DNA from: Octopus sinensis
Taxonomy: Eukaryota
NCBI RefSeq assembly: GCF_006345805.1
Contig: NC_042997.1
Coordinates: 102,114,001 to 102,178,000 of the forward strand
Reading direction: 5' to 3'
Length of the DNA: 64,000 bases
Below, piece by piece: positions 12,940 to 25,053 of this stretch. The notes beneath the pieces were generated by a model. That model was not told the origin of the DNA. It saw nothing but the letters and a program-made list of their open reading frames with translations, and made no database searches. Numbering within the stretch: the stretch's first letter is position 1; the number at the start of each line of letters is the position of its first letter. The translations under genes were made by a program, and so were the position numbers.

Positions 12940-13766
12940 CACTAGCGTAGCTAGTGTGTACCGGCCGGGGCGGCCCTTCCGTTTTCCGTCCCCGGACCCT
13001 ACAAAAAAACACATCTTGCCTACAGCAGACCCAAAAGTGTCGCCCGAGGCGCGAAATGTTTTCCCACGAAAGTTCCGGACCCCAGTAATGAACTCATTTG
13101 CATACAGCCAACCAGAGCTCACCTTGAAAATCCACGTACTGCATACTGCTACGGTACAACCAGTCAGGCATAGAATGATGTATGCCACTCTGTGAGTACA
13201 GAATAGCAGGTCTCACATAAGCACCACATTCCCCCTCCACCATCCTCATAGATCAACTGAGCACCATCTCTATACAGAGCTAACATTAGGTACCTATGCT
13301 CAGACTGAGATTAGTGATACTGCATGTACACATTGATATATGCAAGGAGGGCGCAATACGACACGACGCCATATTGATGACGATGTTTCCAGATCAACAC
13401 CGACATTTTAAATAAGGAATGTACAGAATCAGTAAAAAAAATTAGGAAACTACACTCATTTATATTTTCATAAATTAGCAACATTTATGGCATAATCGGT
13501 GAGCAGCTCACCATTCACTTTATACACTAAATTTCACATTTGTCACCCCTATCAATCCGTTTAGAACAGTTAGATTTTGCTATAACACATTTTCCATTGA
13601 ACTCAACCAGAGTATTTTCGTGACTAGGTGGACACTAGTTTGATAGTTGAGCTCTGATTGGCTGTATGCAAATGAGTTCATAAATGGGATCCGGAACTCT
13701 CGTGGGAAAAAATTCCAGTCCGTGGCAGAGCGCCCCTGCCGCCCCACCCCCTTAGCTACGCTAGTG
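12940..13766. mobile_element. hAT-type MITE, 827 bp, perfect 8-bp TSD
   Basis: TIRs cactagcgtagcta (12940-12953) / tagctacgctagtg (13753-13766); TSD actgcaga at 12932-12939 and 13767-13774; subterminal inverted repeats 13059-13121 / 13648-13710. Confidence 0.9.
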
Positions 13767-13949
13767 ACTGCAGATATAATCTATCATTATATGCTTTAAA
13801 CGGAACCTAGTATACTGCACAACTATAATCATGAATAACAAACCCCTACTTTATCATCGTGTGCATGTTTAGCAGCTAAAGACACTACCAACACACGAAT
13901 ATTTTCTTTAACTAAAACATAAAAATATTACTCACTTTCTAGATAGAAA

Positions 13950-14325
13950 GGCAGACCTGGTTGTGTAGTTAAGAAGCGTGCTTTACCACTACGTGGTTGT
14001 AGTTGGGCAAGTGTCCTTTGCTATAACTCCGGGTCGACCAATGCCTTATGAGTGAATATGAGTAGTCGGAAAATGTAAGGAGGGCCGTCGTATAGTTGTG
14101 TGTATGTGTGTGTGTCTTTTTGTAAGTGTTTGTCCACTCTCACTGCTTGACAACCGGTGTTGTTTGTTTCCGTCCTCGTAAATTAACGGTTCGGCAAAAG
14201 AGACCGATAGAATAAGTACCAGACTTACACATAAGTACTGGGGGTAGACTTGTTCGACTAAAGCTTTTCGTGCTGGTGCCCCAGCATATCCTCAGTCCAA
14301 CGACTGAAACAAATAAATGATAAAA
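13950..14325 (+). mobile_element. SINE family B with internal (GT)n
   Basis: ttgggcaagtgtcc core, cttgacaaccggtgt...ggttcggcaaaagagaccgatagaataagtac body, gactgaaac tail; a second tail copy at ~14400-14445. Confidence 0.8.
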
Positions 14326-14694
14326 CATACATACATGCATGCATACATACGTACATATGCGCGCGCGTACACACACACACACACATACATACATACAATG
14401 TGGTGCCCCAGTATGGCCGCAGTCCAATGAGTGAAATAAATAAAAGGTTAAAGTTAGATGGCCCTTAGAGTTTAGAAATATACTCCTACAATATTAAATA
14501 GAAAATATTAATATTCGCCAGAACTTGTCAGACCAATAACAAATCATATTACTTATATACATTCGACCCTACTAAAATTTTCTCCTCAAAAATGAATTTA
14601 TCGATCCGTAACTCTGAACTGGATTTCTCTTGCAAACATAAAATCCTTAAGACACTAAAAATATTTACACCTATCATATCCTTAAAAAAATGGT

Positions 14695-14900
14695 TTCAAA
14701 TTTTGGCACAAAGCCACCAGTTTTGGGGAAAGGGCTAAGTCAGTGTAACTGACTCCAGTGTCCAACTGGTACTTATTTTATCAAACCCCAAAGGATGAAA
14801 GTCAAAGTCGACCTCTGCGGAATTTGAACTCAGCACGCAAAGACGGACGAAATGTTGCTAAGCATTTTGCTCGGCTTGCTAACGATTCTGCCAGCTCACC
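14695..14900 (-). mobile_element. SINE family A
   Basis: tggtacttattttatc...aaaggatgaaagtcaaagtcgacctctgcggaatttgaactcag...ctgccagctcacc. Confidence 0.85.
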
Positions 14901-14949
14901 ACCATAATTAATAATAATGATGATGATGATGATGATGACGATGATAATA

Positions 14950-16200
14950 CCCAGAGCTCAAAGAGGTCGAGGCTTGTTCCAGTTTGAAATCTCTTACAAA
15001 ACTACCTCAATTGGACTGGCAAAATATCTTGAAACAACTAACGACTGGATGCTAAAGCTCGTTGAAAACCATGTGAAACGTAAGAAGCTTCATTCTGTTA
15101 TAAAGGAGAGCACAAAATTTTCTAGTAAGTTTATGTATAATACGCATTCTAGTGAGTTTATGTAAAATAGACATTTCTGAAAATGATAATTTATCTAAAT
15201 CTAACCACCAGAATCTCACAAGGTACATCCTGCATGATGGAAGTGCAGCAACTGTAGTTGCAAAGAAGGTGAAATCAATAATAAAGCAAAATGCGTTTGA
15301 ACAACTGGCTGATATGTGGCCAATACCAAACAAGCTGATGTAGACCAGAAGCACACCCATCAGTAGCTACAGAGCTCAGGGCTAAAGGCAGAGAGTGAAA
15401 GCTTTATCTTGACTGCTTTATCAGGGCATATTGACTTGGAACTATCAAGCCAATATGATGAAAAATGGTGTAGACGCAAAGTACCAATAGTGCACCGATT
15501 GGACCACGTAATCTCTGGGTGTAAGGTTTTAGCGCCTGTAGAATTGGATAATGTGCCGGCATTATAAAATCAAAACTGCGGATAAATAGAACAATCACCA
15601 CTCTGAAGCTGTAACTGGAGGAGAAAATGTATCGATTCTTTGGGACTTGCCATCAAAGCAAATAAACCATATTGTGGTGAAAGACCAAAAAAAAAAAAAA
15701 ATAATAATAATAAAGTCTGACTTGAGCATACCCTGTGACCATAATATCTCGGCAAAAGAATTTGATAAGCACAGAAAATATGTGGCATCTCAAGACAGTT
15801 ACAATACCAGTGATTGCAGGAGCACTTGTAATGATCAAAAAAGGGACTGAAAATTATTTAAGACTGATCCCTGGCTTACCACCCTGCAGGAAGTCCAGAT
15901 GATTGTCTTAACTGTTACGTCACACGTACTGAGAAGAGTATTGTCGCTGTAAATTTTCTTTCTTTTTTTCCCCTTTATTTTCTTTGCTTACGCTTTCCGT
16001 TTTTTATTTTTCCTTTTCTCTTTGTCGTTCTTCCTCTTTTTCACTATCACATGACTTTGTAAATGAACAATCTGGTGTGTTTATTTTAATGGCCTACCAA
16101 TATATATAGTGCGTATCTCTGCCCTAGGTGTCAGGAAGACACTCGGCAAGAAATGGAAACAGAATTGAAAGAAGATAATAATAATAATAATAATAATAAT
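14950..16200 (+). mobile_element. R4/Dong-like (RLE-type) LINE, 5'-truncated fossil with (TAA)n tail
   Basis: IPRAQRGRGLFQFEISYKTTSIGLAKYLE (post-RT thumb region), GLKAESESFIL, degenerate Zn-knuckle and RLE region; stop at 15950-15952, then 3' UTR and TAA repeats. Confidence 0.8.
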
Positions 16201-16312
16201 GAGAAGAAGAAGAAGAAGAAGAAGAAGAAGAAGAAGAAGAGAAGAAGAAGAAGAAGAAGAAGAAGAAGAAGAAGAAGAAGAAGAAGAAGAAGAAAAAGAA
16301 GAAGAAGAAGAA
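16201..16312. repeat. (GAA)n tract, ~110 bp
   Basis: Direct reading; gives the poly-R/poly-E start of ORF 16199..16741. Confidence 0.95.
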
Positions 16313-17275
16313 GACTCCTATATAGGTAATAGCGAAGAAAGTTTATTAAAAGCTGCTACAATCACAGCAAGAGAGGGAAACCAAAAAACAAAAAACAAAC
16401 AAACCCAAACGAAGTTTAAAAACCAGAAAAAAGAACATAAATTATCTGATTGGCAGGAGAAGACGTTGCATGATAGATTCCCAAAGATAGTTGCAACAAA
16501 TAGTAGTAGTGAGACATGGTCATGGTTGCAGAAAGGAAAGCTGAAGAGGGAGATAAAAAATTTGTTAGTAACTGCACAAGATCAAGCGATTAGGACTAAT
16601 TGGATAAAAACCAAGAAAGACAAAATCCAAGTAGATTCCCAATGTGGATTATGCAAATCAAAAGATAACATCGTTATTCATATAGTAAGTGAACGTAGCA
16701 TGCTAGCGCAGAAAGAATACAAGAAAAACATGACAATCTAAGGAGATTAATTGACTGGGAGCTATGTAGAAAGCTAAGATTTGAACATACAGATAAATGG
16801 TATGAACGTGAACCTAGCAAAGTACTAGAAGGTAAGAGATATAAGATGTTGTAGGACTTCAACATTCAGATTGACAGAGTAACAGAAGTTAGAAGGCCTG
16901 AGAAGAGAAAGTGTCCGATAATTGACTTTACAGTCCTAGATGATGAAGACATCAATATGAGAAGTATAGAAAAAATAGCAAAGTACTAGGACCTCACTAT
17001 CGAATTACGGAGACTTTGGAATGTGAAGGTAAAATGTATTCTTAGTAGTTTTAGGTGCATTGGGAACGATCCCTAAAGATCTGAATAAATGGACAGAGGA
17101 AATAGGTATAAAACTTAGTTTAGTACAGCTCCAGAAAAATAGCGTTATTATGGACAGCTAGGATACATAAGAGGGTTTTTGGCATCTAAGGTTACTTGTT
17201 GTAGCCCGATGTTAGGATTTTTTCTTTTCTAACAGTCTAGTCTGTTGAGTGTATATAAAAATAATAATGATAAAA
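16313..17275 (+). mobile_element. Second R4/Dong-like LINE 3' fragment (different subfamily)
   Basis: LHDRF...TWSWLQKGKLKREIKNLLVTAQDQAIRTNWIK...CGLCKSKDNIVIHIVSE (CCHC knuckle region), then degenerate RLE domain and aataataatgataa tail. Confidence 0.85.
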
Positions 17276-17439
17276 GAGAACCTTACCACTTCATCTAACC
17301 ATACATTTACATATTTTTATTCAGCTATTACTCTTCTAATGCTGACTTTAATTTCCCTCTGTCATTTTTCACTACATTTGTATCTCACATATGACGTATA
17401 TTTTCTAAAAATGTAATATTTTAGCAAGTCTTTCTATAT

Positions 17440-18573
17440 GATTACTATTTGGATTGTTTATTTCTGTTTTTACATTAAAGGTGAAAATGGAAGAAAATGA
17501 GATGCATTTTCCTCTTTTGATGCTCTTTTATTTCCGGAGAGGTAAAAACACTGTAAAAGCAAGAAAGGAAAAAAAGCTATGTGCACTTTCCAGAGATGGT
17601 GCTATACTTGAGAGGACTGTTCGTAAATGGTTCGCTAGGTTTAGGAATGGAAGTTTTGATCTGAAGATTATGAACGTTCCGGCAGGCTTACAATCGTTGA
17701 TGATGGTCAAACCGAAATGCTAATCAACAATAATCTCGGTCACACAACTTGAAGCATCGGAGAAATACTCCCCATGCCTCACATGAGCATTATACGGCAA
17801 CTAAAAGCACTTGGATACATGAATTGCTATGATATTTGCATACCTTGTAATTTAACGAAAAAAATTTAATGGACCAATTGAGCGATTCTCTGTTCAACCA
17901 CAACAAAACTACTCATTTTTGAAAGGAATGATTACAGGTGATGAAAAATGAATTGTTCACAACAATGTAGAGCGACTGAGGCCCATGAAACAAAAACAAA
18001 ATGAACCACACCACCTTTAATCACTCTAAAAGCCGGTCAGTATCCGAAGAAGGTGATGCCCTGTATCTGGTGAAATTAGAAGAGTATTGTGTTACGAGCT
18101 CCTTCCGCAAAATCAGGCATTAAATTCGGATAATTATTGTCCCAATAATTAGACCAATTAAAGAATACAATAGATGAAAACCGTTCAGGATTGGCCAATA
18201 AGAAGAATGTCGTCTTTTTCAGGGCAACACTAAACTTCATATTTCCTTGCAGACCCGGCAGAAAGTGTTACAGCTTGACTGTGATGTCCTACCATACCCA
18301 CCATACTCACTTAAACTTGTACCTTTGTATTACATTTATGTATGCGATCATTACAAAATTCTCTTAATGGGAAAAGTTTCAATTCTTTGGGAAACTGTAA
18401 AATCCACTTAGACCAGTTCATGACCTAGAAAGAAGCCAAGTTCTGGGCGGATGGTGAAAGGTAATAGAACAAAATAGAACATATACGGCTGAATAAAGTT
18501 GTGTAAATATCTAAAGATTGCTTTTGAATTTTACATAAAAAAAAACGGTACGAACTTTTGTTCCAACCCAATA
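17440..18573 (+). mobile_element. Mariner transposase fossil
   Basis: N-terminal HTH (MLFYFRRGKN...ERTVRKWFARFRNGSFDL), degenerate ITGDEK and PYPPYS motifs with stops and frameshifts; right TIR gaacttttgttccaacccaata ends at 18573. Confidence 0.9.
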
Positions 18574-19082
18574 TTTATTGAGTGCTTTTTTCGAGTAATG
18601 TTTTATGTACTTTATCTACAACCATACATAAAATACATACACACACACACACGATAATACATAGATACACATACAATACATACATACATACATACATACA
18701 TACATACATACATGCATACATGCATACATGCATACATACATATACGTGTGTGTAACCATTCAGATATAACGCATAAATATGTGGACATAAGTCAATTGAC
18801 CGACAGATATAAGCTTTAAGGTCATAAACTAGATTAATTTAGAAATTACATCCAATGAAAATAATAAAACAGGATAGTCCATGGATTAATCAACACAAGA
18901 AAATATCATTACAAAGTGGTTCTCTGATCACAACCCACGCACGCGCGTGTGCACACACACACATGCATATCTATTATTTATTTATGCATATATTTTATAT
19001 AAAAGTGTGTATGTATGTGTGCATATAAATAGTAAATAATTTATAGTATGTATGTGTGCATATAAATAGTAAATAATTTATA

Positions 19083-19150
<68 letters not shown>

Positions 19151-19194
19151 GCAGAGAGAGTAAATCCAAAACACGCGAAGAACAAACACAAAAA

Positions 19195-20127
19195 GCAACA
19201 ATGCGAGGACGTGGTACATGTAAATTATTAACAGACGCTCAGGGAAGGAAAGAAATATGGTTTAACGTTTCGAGCAAAGCTCTTCTTCAGAAACAGAGGT
19301 AAATCCAATAGAAAAGGAAGACGGGGGGAAGGGTGTGGTAAAAATACGCCTACTATTGCATATATGCGTACAGGACGTCATCAACGGTTAAAACAACGTG
19401 AAATACGTAAACAAACGAGTTAAATACGTAAACAACGAGAAAAATGAAAAACAGGACAAATAAACACAGAAAAGACCCTTCAACTGTTGTCGGCTGTCAA
19501 TCTACTCCTCATTTCGAGATCGATGTTTGTGTATATTATAAATATTTTTTTTTCAGGATTAAACGAAAGGACAACAAACGTAAAATATGACACCTCTATA
19601 TATAATTTTTAAAAAAGTGTAGTAAATAAGCAAACATATACTAAATACGCAGGGGAACAGAAAATACAGAAAGTCACCAACTCTTCATCAGTTATAGGCC
19701 AGAGAGTCAAACGCAGTTTCAGCCATTATTGGTAATATTACTTCCACTCTGGAGACACCGACAAGAAACTTGCTAGAATGGGAGCAAAACATAACAAAAC
19801 AAGACTGGCTCGAGACAAGAACGTTAGTGGAGGGATGTGGGATAAAATAATAAACAGAATAAAGGCTTAGGGCCACACGGAGACAACAATTAATAATGAT
19901 GATACATATACAACAAAAAGTTTTGGGGCTGCAAGACAAGAAAAAAGTGGGTAATGCGAAGGAGAAATGAAGACTGTCCTAAAGAACTATAGACACGGGA
20001 GGAGTAGAGTGAGGAGCTCAGAAAATCATGTCTAGTGTGGTTGAAGGAAACGCGAAAAAGAACGACAAAGCCTTAGGTTTTCACGTGTCACGTGATAGTG
20101 GGAGGGGGATAACAGAGAAATACAGAA

Positions 20128-20130
<3 letters not shown>
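19195..20130 (-). mobile_element. Penelope-like terminal (pLTR) region with tandem hammerhead-like motifs
   Basis: Intact motif at 19260-19294, degenerate motif at ~19480-19515 and truncated CTGATGAAGAG at 19681-19691. Confidence 0.55.
19260..19294 (-). ncRNA. Minimal type I hammerhead ribozyme motif (dimer-type)
   Basis: gttt-CTGAAGA-a-gagc-ttt-gctc-GAA-ACGT-T-aaac: perfect 4-bp stems I and II and a palindromic ACGT stem III. Confidence 0.75.
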
Positions 20131-20164
<34 letters not shown>

Positions 20165-20481
20165 AAGAGAAAGAGAGAGAGAGAGGGAGAAAGAAAGGAA
20201 ATTAAGAGAAGCAAAGTAAAGGAAAGAGACAGAGTGGCACAAAAATATTCTAACAATATTTCTACAAAGGGATAAAAAATTAATAAGTGCGTGCATTATA
20301 TATCTATGTATATCAATATAGTAATACATATAAATTTGACATGGGCGATTCTTTCTTGTCTTGAGATTCACGGTCAAAGGGCTAGGTGGAATTGCGCGAA
20401 AATTTACACAGATGTGTAGAATGATCCGGTGGTGTTGCTGGGCTTTGTATTTTTTCATACCGCCCATGGTTACCGAGATAA

Positions 20482-20955
20482 TCTACTACAATAATACTCT
20501 TGTGTTTATGAATGAGAAAGGAAGGGGTGTTAAATGAAGAAAGAAGGAAGGGGTGATGTCATACTTGGCACTGGGATTATGAAAATTGCAGACTGAAAAA
20601 ATAAATCAAACAGCGTTTCAACTCTGCGTAAATATATGTGTGTGGATGTAAAAAGGGTGGGATACGTGAATGTGTGTGAATGTGTGTGTGTGTGTGTCTG
20701 TGCGTGTACGCGCGCGATAGAAGTGGGATGGTTCATGTTTGTTCGCTTAGTATTTGGGTTTATTTTTTAATTTGGTTGAATCTCGGTTGGTCATTTTTTT
20801 TGTTGGTCAGTTATTTTTAGCGTTTTGACAGAAAAAAGTCATTCTAGAATTGTTTTTTCACGTAAGCATGCCCAAAAATGTCGAATGCTTACACAGAACA
20901 GGTTTCACAGCCACGTCATCCAAACCAACCGGGTGAAGCCGGCCTTAGCTGCGAG
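20482..20955 (+). mobile_element. Non-autonomous Helitron-like element
   Basis: 5' a|tctactacaataata; 3' GC hairpin ccgggtgaagccgg followed by a degenerate CTAG-like end (cgag|t). Confidence 0.5.
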
Positions 20956-20962
20956 TATATAT

Positions 20963-21397
20963 ACTAGCTTAAGGTGACCCGCTCTACGCACGGGTGAGGG
21001 TGTGGCTGTTACATTCTATTGCTTCCTTTCTTTTTCTTATCGCCACATTCTCCCTCTTTGTTTCTCTCTCCTTTCTCTCTCACTTTCCCACTCTCTTACT
21101 CTTCCTTTCTCTCGGACTCTCCCTCGATTTCTCTTACTCTCTATCTTTCTCTATCTATCACTCTCCCATTTATAAAGAATTAGATTTCCGCGCTTAAATT
21201 ATAAATCCGGTTCCACTTTACCATATTGAAAATTTGATTGAAATCAGGCAAAAGGTGTCGAATCTAGATCCCCAAGTGTCCCCAAAAATCAATAAAATCT
21301 CCGTTTTCACACCAAAGCAACCACTGTATTGCCCCAAAACGTCTCCCAATCAATTTATCACCTCAAGTTACCCGCTCCTGTAAATTTCAATCCCCTT

Positions 21398-21400
<3 letters not shown>
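20963..21400 (+). mobile_element. HINE-like element
   Basis: Starts actagcttaaggtgacccgctctacgcacggg, the same ACTAG...CCCG/CGGG architecture as 5206, 36869 and 46099. Confidence 0.45.
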
Positions 21401-21438
<38 letters not shown>

Positions 21439-21629
21439 AATATATATATAATAATGATATAAATAATATATAAATATATGCATATATACATACATATATG
21501 TACATACCTACATATATATGAATATATACATGCATATATTGGTACAGGACATAAAAAAACGTTGAACAGAATGAGAAACGATAACAACATAAAAACAAAA
21601 ACATCTCCCAAAGAACCTGACGAACCTGC

Positions 21630-21850
21630 CCATAGTAGATGTAGGCGTTTTAAATCAAAGCTGGACCTCTTCCTGTCGAGAGACCCAGATGAACCTACCT
21701 CACGGCAAGAGGTGCAAATTAGGGTAGCTACATCAAACTTCATTCTTCACCAAGTGCCACATATTGGAGGAGGCTCTCAATAATAACAGTGTAGCAAAAC
21801 GGCGGTGCATCAGCATGGCCGCAGCTCTGAGCTGAAACTACAGAAAAAAT
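21630..21850 (+). mobile_element. CR1-clade-like LINE extreme 3' end
   Basis: FKSKLDLFLSRDPDEP...SNFILHQ parallels FKKSLDKFLQTVPDKP...NNSLLEW of the neighbouring LINE; 3' UTR ggcggtgcatcagcatggccgcagctctgagctgaaac. Confidence 0.7.
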
Positions 21851-21870
21851 ATATACATACATATATATAT

Positions 21871-22956
21871 AACTTAATATAACTTAGAATAACTTCGAAA
21901 GGTTTTAGCCAGTATTGGCCCAGGCCATGTCTAACTTAATAGCACCACCTGGCGAAGTCTTTCAATTCAGAATTTGGGCACCAAGGCCCATTCGAGCAGA
22001 GAGTTATTGTTTGAGGAGACATATCCGGGTGTGGGTGGTTTGTCCGGGACTGTTTGAAGGAATTTGTCCAAAGACTTCTTGAATTTTGTGTGGTCAGTTT
22101 CTGTTTTGACGTGTCCTGGTGTAATGTTGAAGAGAGCGGGTCCAATTGAGGTGAAATAATTGTGCCGTATTGTTGTTATGAGATACGATTTAGATTTTTG
22201 TTGTGGACAGATGGCACAGGGTCCAAGTCTTGGATGTATTTTGAAGGTGATACCAACATCATTTGGACAGTGCTGATGGAATATTTTCCTCATCATACAG
22301 ATAATGTAGCGTTCACGGCGTCGTTGGAGTGCATACAGTTTCAGCTTTTCCCGTCGACCCCAGTAGTCGAGGTCTGACATGCCATCTATCTTTTTCGTGA
22401 TTTACCTTTGGGGAGCTTCAACTTTCATATTATTCCGTTTCGTGTAGGGAGACCACAGTGGACAGCAGTATTCAAGGTGAGGTCGGGCAAAAGTGGAGAA
22501 GAGAAGGATAATGGTGTGGGAATCTCTCGACTGGAAGGTTCTGAGAATCCAGGAGCACATTCTGCGGGCCATGTCAACTTTGGTGCTTATATGTGTAGCC
22601 CAGTTTATGTTGTTGTCCACAGTTATTCCCAAGTCTCTGATGTTGTTAGACGCCATGAGAGTTTCACCAGAAGGAAGGGAGTATGGGAGTTTCGGAGCGT
22701 CCTCCCTTCCAAAGTGGATCAATTCGAATTTGTCTTCGTTTAGCAACATGTTGTTCTTTTCCGACCATTGGACAACAGCCAGTAGGTCTGACTGAAGGTT
22801 TTTCCGGTCATCCACGCCATTGATGACCTTCTGAAGCTTGGAATCATCAGCGAAGATTCTGATGTTACTGTGCTTGATGATGTCAGTGATGTCATTAATG
22901 TAGATGATGAAGAAAAGTGGGCCCAACACAGTGCCTTGTGGGACATCACTACTGAC
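21871..22956 (-). mobile_element. CR1/L2-group LINE, 5'-truncated RT C-terminus
   Basis: [18 protein letters not shown]...IFADDSKL...RPHLEYCCPLWSP; frameshift near 22400; ORFs 22402..22929 and 21967..22380. Confidence 0.9.
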
Positions 22957-22999
22957 TTTATATATACAAATACATATAGATATTTATAAATATATATTT

Positions 23000-23032
<33 letters not shown>

Positions 23033-23049
23033 AAATCAAATATATGTAC

Positions 23050-23082
<33 letters not shown>

Positions 23083-23094
23083 ATATATATGTAG

Positions 23095-23356
23095 GTCCCG
23101 GGTTGATCCGGGTTAACCACAGTAAGTAAGGTACTCAATACATAGCAGAGTAAAATTAATTTATTATATAGAAGGAGCTTCTACAGGACTAGTACTGTTT
23201 CATTCAAGAGAAATCTTCAGGAAGCTCCTGAACTGCATCACCTCTTGATATCCTGTTGCTTATTTTGATTTTATTCACCTTACTTTGAGTTGTACAGATA
23301 ATACCGCACTGACTTGGTGCTTCACCTTAAGTACCTAATTCAACTGTATCTCAATT
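23095..23356 (-). mobile_element. ~260-bp non-coding hammerhead-bearing repeat unit (retrozyme/pLTR-like)
   Basis: Bounded by (TA)n; its 23230-23410 segment is directly repeated at ~24039-24245 and its ribozyme is repeated inverted at 23461-23509. Confidence 0.65.
23174..23228 (-). ncRNA. Complete type I hammerhead ribozyme fold
   Basis: ggagcttc-CTGAAGA-t-ttc-tctt-gaa-t-GAAA-cag-tactagtc-ctg-TA-gaagctcc: 8-bp stem I, 3-bp stems II and III, GUA cleavage triplet; non-canonical U-U at the base of stem II. Confidence 0.8.
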
Positions 23357-23387
<31 letters not shown>

Positions 23388-23460
23388 TGTGTCTGTATAA
23401 ACATATATATATAAACATATATATATAAACATATATATATATATATATATATATGTATAT

Positions 23461-23509
23461 GCTTCCTGAAGATTTCTCTTGAATGAAACAGTACTAGTCC
23501 TGTAGAAGC
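23461..23509 (+). ncRNA. Inverted second copy of the same hammerhead
   Basis: gcttc-CTGAAGA-tttctcttgaat-GAAA-cagtactagtcctg-TA-gaagc, identical to the minus copy with a 5-bp stem I. Confidence 0.75.
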
Positions 23510-23570
23510 TCTTCTATATAATAAATATATATATATATATATATATATAAAATCAATATATGTACATATA

Positions 23571-23654
<84 letters not shown>

Positions 23655-24160
23655 TATGTATACATATATATATATATAATAATATTATGACCATACCCAA
23701 ATATAAACTGTCGATTCTATCCATTCTAAACAAACACTCTCCTGGAACCTTAGATTTGGTAGTTGATAAAGAATGACTGATACATTAAAAGTGAATCACA
23801 ATCCTTTACAAGCTATGACTTTAACAAACTTCATACAGTTCTTAGAAGTGAAGTATATTTTAAGTTACATTGATAGCAACATGGGCTTTTTCCCTCTTCT
23901 TGCTCTATTAGAGAATTTGAGTGAAATTATTTTAATGTGTCCAACTGATTAAAAAAAATTATTTATGAGGATAGCCCTATATTTAAATTGATGTAATGAT
24001 TGCATTGTTCAATTAAATGGAGCCGCTTAAAACGGTCGAACTGCATCACCTCTTGATATCCTGTTGCTTATTTTGATTTTATTCACCTTACTTTGAGTTG
24101 TACAGATAATACCGCACTGACTTGGTGCTTCACCTTAAGTACCTAATTCAACTGTATCTC

Positions 24161-24223
<63 letters not shown>

Positions 24224-24859
24224 TGTGTCTGTATAAACATATATATATTATATATATATATGTATATATATGGATGGATGGATGTGTAAATATAAATATA
24301 TACATGCATACATACATATATATATACATATATATATATATAAATATATATATACGTATATATGTATATATATACACACGTATATATATGGATGTGTGTG
24401 TGTGTGTGTGTGTGTATGTGTGTATGTGCATATATATTGCAAGTGTGAGAGAGAGAAGGGGGAAGGAGAGAACGCAACCTGTAAATAATCCTATATCATA
24501 ACGAATAAAAGAAACAATAAACTTTGTAATTAAAGATATACTACAATCCATCAAAAGAAACCTATATTGACGAGTCATTTCAGTGCATTTCCACAGCAAA
24601 TTACAAGCTATTTACACAAGAAAATCCGCAACATTTGTCATATGAACCATATCAAAGCAGCGATGGACATATCCCAGTAAATGGATGAAAATGGAATGGA
24701 ACAAGAATTAACAGGAATATAGAAGTACCGTAACAAATGAATAGTTGCAAAGTAGAAGCATTGAGAAAACTATTAGATATTGGTTTTAGATTTTGGCACA
24801 AGGTCAGACCAATGCTATTAGATATGCTGTTTTTCAAATAGAATTATTGTGAATTTTTT

Positions 24860-25011
24860 AGTTAAGAAGGTGTTGTTAGTTGAGAAGTTTGTTTCCCAAC
24901 TATGTGATCTTAGGTTCCGTCCCACTGCGCGACACTTTGGAAAAGTGCCCTCTATTATACTCCCAGGCGACCATGAATGGATTCTTAGTAGGGAAGTAAA
25001 AGAAGCTCGTT

Positions 25012-25053
<42 letters not shown>

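Noticed and set aside
16199-16312. Poly-Arg/poly-Glu N-terminus of the 180-aa ORF
   Set aside because: It is the (GAA)n tract read into the downstream LINE frame.
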